DNA from: Promethearchaeota archaeon
GTDB lineage: Archaea > Asgardarchaeota > Lokiarchaeia > Sigyniarchaeales > SOKP01
DNA length: 24,025 nucleotides
Reading direction: 5' to 3'
NCBI GenBank assembly: GCA_048941015.1
Contig: JBHLNZ010000049.1
Span: forward strand, 1-24,025
The notes beneath the pieces were generated by a model that worked only from the letters and a program-made list of their open reading frames with translations, searched no databases and had not been told where the DNA came from. Numbering within the stretch: the first letter of the stretch is position 1; the number at the start of each line of letters is the position of its first letter. Position numbers and translations under genes: made by a program. Of this stretch, positions 16,940 to 24,025 are shown one piece after another.

Positions 16940-18229
16940 ATGATAATTATGTTTAACTTAGATGAAGAGACAAAAAAATTCTTAGGTTTATTTGAACCTA
17001 AAACATTTGCTGATGGAACCTGTCATATGATCGGTTCCTTCGCAAATGTCGGAATAATAGAAACTCGTGATGGTCTAGTAGTTTTCGATATTTCTACAAG
17101 ACAATTTGGAAGACGAGTCTTTAAATTAATCCGAGATATAACTGATAAGCCAATTAAATATTTAATTTATAGTCACGGTCACTTTGATCATTGTTTTGGA
17201 TATGCTCCATTCATTAATGAAATCAAACAAAAAGGTTTTGAAATGCCTCAAATTATCGCTCATGAAAAACTTCTTGATCGCTTTAAAAAATATAAAATGC
17301 TAGACGATTATCACAATTGGATTAATTCAATGCAATTTGCTTCAGTAGCTGGAAAGCAAGAAAGAGCAACAGATTCTAGTGAGACATTAGATCCCACAAT
17401 TATCATTAGGGGTGATAAGGACTACAGTTTTAAGTTGGGAGACTATGAATTTGAACTTTATCATGATAAAGGGGAAACAGATGATTCAATATGGATGTAT
17501 TTTCCTGAAAAGCAAGTTATTTTTGCAGGAGACCTTATGATCTCAAGTTTTCCCAATATAGGGAATCCTTATAAGGTTCAAAGATATCCCAAACAATGGG
17601 CAATAGCAATGGAAAAAATGCTAAAGAAAGATGCAAAATACTTAGTACCTGGACATGGCCCTTTAATTGAAGGTAAAAATAAAGTAAAAGATGTTTTAAC
17701 AATCACCGCAGAGGCAATGAATTTTATTCATGATAATGTTATAGAAAAACTAAATGAGGGCAAATGGTTTGAACAGATTTATCATGAAATGCTTGAAATT
17801 TATCCTAAAAAGTTCCAAGATCATGATTATCTCAAGCCTGTTTATGGTTGTTATGAGTTTGGAATACATGCAGTATATAGATTATATCATGGATGGTATA
17901 ATACAGGTAATCCCACAGACTTATTTCCCTCCAAATCATCAGATATTGCTAGTGAGTTTCTAAAAATAAATGACCCTTATCATTATTATCAGCATTCTAA
18001 AAATCTTTTTGAAAAAGGAAATACTCAGCTTGCACTTCATATAATAGATGTTTTAATTAAAGCATCTACTGAAATTGAATTAAATTTGTTATTAGATGCG
18101 TATAATCTAAAATATAAATTATTAAAAAAGAGAGCTAAAGAGCAGACTTCATTTATAGCATTTAACATTATTAATAATGGTGCAAAAGAGATTAAAGAAA
18201 TAATTAAGAGTCTTAAAAATAAAAATTAA
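16940..18229 (+). CDS. MBL-fold hydrolase, alkyl sulfatase (SdsA1/BDS1)-like with dimerisation domain
   Basis: YSHGHFDH, GETDD, AGD, PNIGNP, PGHG, YG and YHGWY..GNP..LFP motifs. Confidence 0.82.
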   Translation: MIIMFNLDEETKKFLGLFEPKTFADGTCHMIGSFANVGIIETRDGLVVFDISTRQFGRRVFKLIRDITDKPIKYLIYSHGHFDHCFGYAPFINEIKQKGFEMPQIIAHEKLLDRFKKYKMLDDYHNWINSMQFASVAGKQERATDSSETLDPTIIIRGDKDYSFKLGDYEFELYHDKGETDDSIWMYFPEKQVIFAGDLMISSFPNIGNPYKVQRYPKQWAIAMEKMLKKDAKYLVPGHGPLIEGKNKVKDVLTITAEAMNFIHDNVIEKLNEGKWFEQIYHEMLEIYPKKFQDHDYLKPVYGCYEFGIHAVYRLYHGWYNTGNPTDLFPSKSSDIASEFLKINDPYHYYQHSKNLFEKGNTQLALHIIDVLIKASTEIELNLLLDAYNLKYKLLKKRAKEQTSFIAFNIINNGAKEIKEIIKSLKNKN

Positions 18230-18253
18230 AAAAATTAAGATTTCTTTTTAAAT

Positions 18254-18538
18254 TTAAGGATAATCTGGCTTGTTTGAGACCAATGTAGTTGTCTCTTCAA
18301 TCCACTTTGATAATTCTTCATCAATTCTACAATATGTAACGATTTTATCCAAATCTTGAAGTTTACTGAAACTACATTCAACTATAAGATCCCAACCTCC
18401 ATAAATAGGAGTTACATACGTAACCTTCCAATCTTCATCAGGACCGGTAGCTTTTAAACCACTTAACTTTTCGGCTACTTTCCATTCTGTTCCTATTACT
18501 TTCAATCTTATTAATATATATCCTCTATAATAGATTAT
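18254..18538 (-). CDS. Stand-alone Lrp/AsnC ligand-binding (RAM) domain protein
   Basis: YILIRL...VAEKL...VTPIYGGWDLIVE...LDKIV...IEETTTLV ferredoxin-like pattern with no HTH. The track start is TTG 18505, but the first strand lies upstream, so the start is placed at ATA 18538 or ATC 18535. Confidence 0.7.
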   Translation of the reverse strand: MIYYRGYILIRLKVIGTEWKVAEKLSGLKATGPDEDWKVTYVTPIYGGWDLIVECSFSKLQDLDKIVTYCRIDEELSKWIEETTTLVSNKPDYP

Positions 18539-18701
18539 GGAACGCCTTGTTTCTTTAAATTATTGGGTTTGATTTATTACTTTTGAAATTATTAATCTTA
18601 TTAATGATTTATTTTTTTTTATAAGATTTATTATTAATAATTAGATTCTATATAGTTGATAAAATTGTTTCTTAAGAGTATAATTAAGTTGGGCTTAAAT
18701 T

Positions 18702-20465
18702 ATGGATGAAAAAGAAATAAAGCGAATTTTATGGATACATGGCTTAAAAAATGCTGTTGAATTTGGAGGAAAGCCAAATAAAAAAGCAGTTATCGGAAAA
18801 TTAATAGCTGAGAGATCTGAATTGAGATCTCAAATTAAAGAAATCATGCCAATTATTAATAGTATCATTTTGGAAATTTCAAATCTCAATTTAAAACAAC
18901 AAACAGAAAAATTACTAAAATTAGATTCTACAGCATTAGATAAAAAAGTCAAAAAGGAAGAAAGGAAGGAGCTACCTGAGCTACCTAACTCTGAAAATTA
19001 TAAAAAAATCATAATGAGATTAGCACCATATCCAAGTGGAGCATTACATATAGGGAATGCCAGAATGGTTGTGTTAAACGATGAATATATTAAAAAGTAC
19101 AGAGGCGAGTTAATCTTATTCTTTGATGATACGATAGGAAGCCCAAAATCATTGAGAGACAGTCCAAAAGCAAAATTTGTGCTTCCCGAAGCATATAATT
19201 TAATAAAGGATGGTTTAGATTGGCTGAACGTGAAGTATTCCAAAATTTATTACAAAAGTGACAGACTTGAAATTTATTATGAATATTGTGAGAAATTGAT
19301 TAAGGATGGAATAGCTTATGTATGTTTCTGCTCAGCTGACGAATTTAGAGAAGAATATAAAAATCAAAAGAAAAATTGTCCTCATAGAGATAAATCCATT
19401 AGGCAAAATTTAGATGAATGGGAAAATATGCTTAATAGAAAATATAAAGAGACAGAAGCAGTTGTAAGATTAAAAACAGGGATGGATCAAGATAACCCTG
19501 CATTAAGAGACCAAATAATTATGAGAATCTCTGAAGCCGATCATCCTAGAGTTGGTAATAAATATATCATTTGGCCTATGTTGGAATATTCATGGGCAAT
19601 TGATGACCATTTATTAGGAATTACACACGTTTTAAGAGGAATTGATTTAGTAAAGGAAGATATCATTGAGGAATTTATTTGGCATCACCTAAATTGGCCT
19701 GTTGCAGAATTTATGCATTACGGCAGAATTAATTTCCCTAACATGAAACTAAGTAAAAGTGAAGCACGAAATAATATAAAAATTGGAAAATATCAAGGAT
19801 GGGAAGATCCAAGGACATGGAGCCTACAGTCATTAAAAATGAGAGGCATAAAGCCAGAAGCTCTAAGGAATACTTTATTAGATCTTGGAATGTCTAACAC
19901 AAGTATTAATTTTGATGTTAGAATTTTATATGCTAAAAATAAAGATATTATTGATGAGATCTCTAATAGATTTTTCTTTGTAGAATCTCCATTTTTAATT
20001 AAAGTAAGGGGAATTCCATTCAATACATTAATAGCCAAACCATTACTTTTACCTTCTAATCCAAAAAAAGGGAATAGAAATATAGTTTGTAATATTTCAA
20101 ATGGGATATCAGAATTGTATGTATCTTTTAGCGATGCTAAAAATCTTAAAAATAATAAAATCTTACGATTAAAAGATTTATTTAACATTAAGATAACTAA
20201 AATTGATAGAAAAAATAAAAAAATTGAATGTGAATACCATAGTAAGGAATTAAGTAGAGAGTTTTCAATTATTCAATGGGTCCCAAAAGAAGAGAATATT
20301 ATGGTTTCAATAATTAAACCTGATGGCTCCCTAATTAATGGATACGGAGAAATAAACCTTTTAGAAGTTCCAATGAGAAAAACTATACAATTTGAAAGAT
20401 ATGGATTTATAAACCCAATTAAAATTGAAAATAATAATTTATTATGTTATTTTACCCATAATTAA
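18702..20465 (+). CDS. gltX: Glutamate--tRNA ligase (archaeal type)
   Basis: RLAPYPSGALHIGN (HIGH variant), CxC...CxH Zn site, ITHVLRGID, KLSKS, GWEDPR, QFERYGF, and an archaeal N-terminal helical extension. Confidence 0.97.
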   Translation: MDEKEIKRILWIHGLKNAVEFGGKPNKKAVIGKLIAERSELRSQIKEIMPIINSIILEISNLNLKQQTEKLLKLDSTALDKKVKKEERKELPELPNSENYKKIIMRLAPYPSGALHIGNARMVVLNDEYIKKYRGELILFFDDTIGSPKSLRDSPKAKFVLPEAYNLIKDGLDWLNVKYSKIYYKSDRLEIYYEYCEKLIKDGIAYVCFCSADEFREEYKNQKKNCPHRDKSIRQNLDEWENMLNRKYKETEAVVRLKTGMDQDNPALRDQIIMRISEADHPRVGNKYIIWPMLEYSWAIDDHLLGITHVLRGIDLVKEDIIEEFIWHHLNWPVAEFMHYGRINFPNMKLSKSEARNNIKIGKYQGWEDPRTWSLQSLKMRGIKPEALRNTLLDLGMSNTSINFDVRILYAKNKDIIDEISNRFFFVESPFLIKVRGIPFNTLIAKPLLLPSNPKKGNRNIVCNISNGISELYVSFSDAKNLKNNKILRLKDLFNIKITKIDRKNKKIECEYHSKELSREFSIIQWVPKEENIMVSIIKPDGSLINGYGEINLLEVPMRKTIQFERYGFINPIKIENNNLLCYFTHN

Positions 20466-20558
20466 TTCTTATCTTGATTTCACAAATTATAATTTTATTT
20501 TCATTAAAATATGAAAATTAAAAGATTTTTTAATTAAATTAATTTTAATAATCTAGTT

Positions 20559-21623
20559 ATGAGTGAACATGAATTGAATTGGTCTTATTGTCCAGTATGT
20601 GGCAATAAACTACCGAATTTAGAGCGATTAAAATTTTGTACCAAATGTGGACTTGATATCTCATATATTAAAGAAAATATGGAATTTCCCCCTAATCAAC
20701 CTTCAAAAATTCCATCTCAACAATATGAAGTAGGGCTGTATCCATTTAAGGCAGAAAGAAAAAAAATTACTGATGAAGACTTAATTAAGAAGAAAGATTA
20801 TAAATTATGGAGTGGTACAGCTTCCATAGGAATACCTTTATTAGCCTTTCTTTTATTAAACATAATTACTACAATTATTATATTATTCTTTTTGAGCTTT
20901 TCTTTGAATTTAGAAGAGTTAAGCAACCTTATCTTTAATCCATATATTATAATTATTACTTCACTAGCAGAATTAATTTTTATTTTTACGCCCGTTCTAT
21001 TTGTTGGTAGATATCTTCAAAATGCATCCTTGAAAAATAGATTATTTGTATTAGGTTTTACCACTAGGGGATATGATAAAATAGAAGTTTTTAAAGAAAT
21101 TTTAATTGGTATAGCCTTTGCTTTGATTGGCTTTCTTTTAGTAAGTTTGGTATCAGTTTTAGCCGAAATTGTATTAGAGTTTTTTTTTGGAATTGAAATT
21201 ATTCAGGATATAGGTTCTTCATCCGGAGAATTCGATACGATAATACTTTCTTCAGATATTTATAGTTTAATTCTTTTAGCAATAGTTATGATTTTAGTTA
21301 TTGGAACTTCAGAAGAAATTTTGTTTAGAGGTTTCATGCAAAAAGGATTAGTAAGAAGCATAGGAAAAAACTGGGGTATTTTCATGACAGCTCTTATTTT
21401 TTCTATGATACATTTAATCGGGATTTTTCTTCTTATTCCATTTGATTCTACTTACTTTATAATTACATTTCTTCTCTCTTTTTTCCCGTACTTCACAATT
21501 TCACTAATGCTTGGAATACTTTTTTATTGGAGAAAAGAAAACCTAATAGCTGTTATGATCACACATGGAGTTTATGACGCTCTAACTATAATTATTGCAT
21601 ATATTTTCTTTAATGTAATTTAA
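20559..21623 (+). CDS. CPBP/Rce1 (CAAX protease-like) intramembrane glutamic endopeptidase with N-terminal zinc ribbon
   Basis: CPVCG...CTKCG zinc ribbon; EEILFRG, FSMIH and HGVYD motifs; multiple TM helices. Confidence 0.88.
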   Translation: MSEHELNWSYCPVCGNKLPNLERLKFCTKCGLDISYIKENMEFPPNQPSKIPSQQYEVGLYPFKAERKKITDEDLIKKKDYKLWSGTASIGIPLLAFLLLNIITTIIILFFLSFSLNLEELSNLIFNPYIIIITSLAELIFIFTPVLFVGRYLQNASLKNRLFVLGFTTRGYDKIEVFKEILIGIAFALIGFLLVSLVSVLAEIVLEFFFGIEIIQDIGSSSGEFDTIILSSDIYSLILLAIVMILVIGTSEEILFRGFMQKGLVRSIGKNWGIFMTALIFSMIHLIGIFLLIPFDSTYFIITFLLSFFPYFTISLMLGILFYWRKENLIAVMITHGVYDALTIIIAYIFFNVI

Positions 21624-21643
21624 ATTAATGATGTGGATTTTTA

Positions 21644-22501
21644 ATGAGTATATTAGAAGTTTTTAAATCAAAAGGTATTAAAGAATCTGCAACAATAGGA
21701 ATCGGATTAGGAGAATCAGAAGATCAAATAAATACAATTCTAGATGCTTCAAAATTATTTCTAAATGATAATGAATCAAAAATCTTGCTATTTACTCATA
21801 AAAATATTGTACCTAGTGTAGCTCAAAATCCATTATTTATCTCCTTATCGCCAAAATTGTCCCTTATCGAATGTAAATACCCAGAAGCGGATATTCTTAA
21901 ATTTCTTCATGATAAGGTTATTGATGCAGCAATCAGAGGTAACTTAAGTTCAACTAAATTCTTACATAATCTTAAAGATACCTTCAATGTTTTGGAAGTC
22001 CATAGATTAGCTTTATTAGAAACGGTAAAAGGATATCAATTCTTCTTTGGTCCAGTAGGCATAGATGAATGTACTGATATTGAAAAAAAAATTCTTTTTA
22101 TAGAAAAAGCACTAAAGCAATTTGAAAATCTTAAATTAGCTCCAAAAATTAGTATTTTAAGTGGAGGTAGATTAGGTGATATAGGACGAAATAATCATGT
22201 TGATAACACTATTAATACTGCTAAAGAAATAGTTGACTTCTTCAAAGATAAATATAAGAATCTTGAAATAAAACATGATGAGATCCTTATAGAAGATGCT
22301 ATAAGAAACAACGCAAACTTAATTATTGCCCCCGATGGTATTTCTGGAAATCTAATCTATAGAACCTTAGTACATTTAGGGGGGGGTAAAGCATATGGTG
22401 CCATCTATATGGGTTTAGATCATGTAATTATAGACACATCTCGAGTCGGTAGTCAATCAGAAATTTATGGCGCATTAATTATAGCACAAGCTTTAGTCTA
22501 A
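21644..22501 (+). CDS. mtxX: MtxX-like protein (methanogenesis marker protein 4; PTA/PTB-like fold)
   Basis: DAAIRG, RLALLE, PVGIDE, LSGGRLGDIGR, ILIEDA, APDGISGNLIYRTL and DTSR motifs. Confidence 0.85.
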   Translation: MSILEVFKSKGIKESATIGIGLGESEDQINTILDASKLFLNDNESKILLFTHKNIVPSVAQNPLFISLSPKLSLIECKYPEADILKFLHDKVIDAAIRGNLSSTKFLHNLKDTFNVLEVHRLALLETVKGYQFFFGPVGIDECTDIEKKILFIEKALKQFENLKLAPKISILSGGRLGDIGRNNHVDNTINTAKEIVDFFKDKYKNLEIKHDEILIEDAIRNNANLIIAPDGISGNLIYRTLVHLGGGKAYGAIYMGLDHVIIDTSRVGSQSEIYGALIIAQALV

Positions 22502-22588
22502 TAATAATTCTATTCATCTTAAGATAACTTAATTCTTAGATTTAAGAAAAAATTATTATTTAAAAAAATGAAAAAAATTGTTTGAATA

Positions 22589-22894
22589 TTAGCTAATTAA
22601 GCCGATAAAAGCTGCGAGAAGTACAAATATACCTCCTATTAAGCAAGCAAAAATAATTAAAACGACACCCAGAGCCGCCAATATAAAAGGAGTGTAATGA
22701 ATTGGCTTAATACCTAAAAAAATAGCAGCTAATGCACATAGTAAACCAATAACAGCACTTAATATTCCAAAACTCCAACCATATCCCATTCCTATAAATT
22801 GTAAAATAGCTTCTATAAAAGCGATAACCCCTCCAATTATTCCAATAACACGCATAGCTTTATCTGTTTCTTGCAGTTCACTCATTTTTTTCAC
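22589..22894 (-). CDS. Small integral membrane protein (about 4 Gly/Ala-rich helices)
   Basis: Almost entirely hydrophobic. GTG start, with an alternative ATG at 22885. Confidence 0.75.
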   Translation of the reverse strand: MKKMSELQETDKAMRVIGIIGGVIAFIEAILQFIGMGYGWSFGILSAVIGLLCALAAIFLGIKPIHYTPFILAALGVVLIIFACLIGGIFVLLAAFIGLIS

Positions 22895-23027
22895 TTCATA
22901 TTTGATTACATTTAATTATAAAACAATAGATTATTTGCATTTAAAAAGTTTCACTAATAAAAAATATCATAATTAGTATTTATTTTTGGTTAGATTTTAA
23001 ACAAAAAAAAAGAAAACAAATTATTTT

Positions 23028-23687
23028 TTAGATCATTCCAAGAGAGCCAAAGATAATTAATAGAATTACGTCTATTACCGCCAAAACAAGTATGACATTA
23101 CGCTGCTTTTTTCTTTCCCAATAATATGAATATGCTGAAACTACAAAGAAAGGAATATAGACAAATATAAAAACAGTAATTGCGTTCCACCATTCCCAAA
23201 CCCATACAAATGAACGTGTAAATATTAAGAAGATTTCGATAATTGATGCTAACGCAGCATTTCCTATACCAATAGCTAAAGGTTTTGGAATACCAACTCT
23301 TCCTATAGAGAACATTTTCTCTTTAGGATCATCTGGTAATAGTTTACTTTGAACAATCCCTGCTATAGCGAACATTAAATTCAATTCAATTCCCAATCCA
23401 ATTAATATTAGATATGCAGTCCCAGCGGGTACTGTCCAAAGAGCGTGTCCTGAAATTGATTGAATAACTGAATTTATTATTTCCACAAACCAGTGGATCG
23501 TATAAAGTGATAAACCTGCTGCAATAGCTCCCCAATTTTTATGTTTTAGCTCGTTGAAATAGATATATAAAACAACAACTAACATAAAAATTATGTTCAA
23601 ACTAAAAAGATCTCCACTGCGGAGAATATCTAATGCATCTTGAGTTGCTTGAGGATTATGTAAAAACAACATTTTATTATCCTTCAC
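23028..23687 (-). CDS. Uncharacterised multi-pass membrane protein with intramembrane H/E residues
   Basis: About 6 TM segments, with HWFVEIIN, LW, IGLGIE, IIEI...FVW.W motifs. Confidence 0.8.
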   Translation of the reverse strand: MKDNKMLFLHNPQATQDALDILRSGDLFSLNIIFMLVVVLYIYFNELKHKNWGAIAAGLSLYTIHWFVEIINSVIQSISGHALWTVPAGTAYLILIGLGIELNLMFAIAGIVQSKLLPDDPKEKMFSIGRVGIPKPLAIGIGNAALASIIEIFLIFTRSFVWVWEWWNAITVFIFVYIPFFVVSAYSYYWERKKQRNVILVLAVIDVILLIIFGSLGMI

Positions 23688-23778
23688 TATGTTTTTTTTA
23701 GTAAAATTATTGAAATTTAATTATATATTAATTAAAAAAATTGCTAAAATTTGATTTAATAGTGTTAATTAACTAATA

Positions 23779-23881
23779 TGGGAGAGGGGGGAATTGAACC
23801 CCCGACCACTCGGCTTCTGGAATTCCTGCATGTGCAGTAAAAGCCCCAGCCGAGTATCATACCAAGCTAGACCACCCTCCC
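23779..23881 (-). tRNA. tRNA-Pro(GGG) with canonical 37/38 intron (23815-23843, 29 nt)
   Basis: Acceptor stem GGGAGGG/CTCTCCC with A73, anticodon stem CTCGG/CCGAG, loop CTGGGG^intron^G, BHB central helix CTGG/CCAG with GG^C and AA^G bulges, and T-arm GGGGG-TTCAATT-CCCCC. CCA is not encoded. Confidence 0.93.
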
Positions 23882-24025
23882 AAGAAAAAAGTGGCAAATC
23901 TGATTAACTTATTTTACGTTAGTTGGTCTGTTTTTGATATGTACGAAGAAGAATTCTAATTATTATTTATTTTTAATGATCTTTATATTTCATTCTAATA
24001 ATTTTTAAATTATTTTAAAAGTTTT

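Noticed and set aside
16360-20188. ORFs 16360..16611, 17754..17963, 18998..19243 and 19793..20188
   Set aside because: All are fully nested in confident genes, either antisense or in an alternative frame.
23779-23781. Apparent encoded CCA ends on both tRNAs
   Set aside because: These are C71-C72-A73 of the acceptor stem and discriminator; both genes continue with TAT.
23892-23932. G.U-rich hairpin upstream of tRNA-Pro as a possible ncRNA or SECIS
   Set aside because: Pairing relies on many wobble pairs, there is no clear SECIS core, and no associated UGA gene.
1-24025. Selenoprotein read-through at TGA stops (3129, 6814, 10573, 16789); CRISPR, IS or prophage
   Set aside because: The TGA codons fall at natural family C-termini. 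No spaced repeats, transposase, integrase or viral genes were seen by eye.

Overview
AT-rich archaeal chromosomal segment, most likely from a Lokiarchaeia-type Asgard archaeon. This is inferred from the archaeal-type GluRS, tRNA introns with bulge-helix-bulge (BHB) motifs, an MtxX homologue, a Loki-CTERM-like sorted surface protein and frequent TTG/GTG starts. From left to right: (1) a catabolic cluster of MFS transporter, KDG kinase, BKACE (beta-keto acid cleavage enzyme), two SDRs, an M24 hydrolase and a Gfo/Idh/MocA oxidoreductase; (2) a FAM173/aKMT-like methyltransferase; (3) a four-gene module in which an extended SDR and a divergent ALDH are each followed by one of two paralogous SCP2-like proteins; (4) an amidase, a nucleotidyltransferase, two HAD hydrolases, an alkyl-sulfatase-like MBL and a stand-alone Lrp/AsnC RAM domain; (5) gltX, a zinc-ribbon CPBP protease, mtxX and two membrane proteins. 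Two tRNA genes are missing from the ORF track: tRNA-Arg(GCG) with two non-canonical introns (D-loop and variable loop) and tRNA-Pro(GGG) with a canonical intron. No CRISPR array, mobile element or rRNA was seen. The best novelty candidates are the enzyme+SCP2-like paired module, the KDG kinase-BKACE-SDR pathway, the double-intron tRNA and a probable ATA/ATC start codon. All protein calls come from motif reading by eye; no searches were run.
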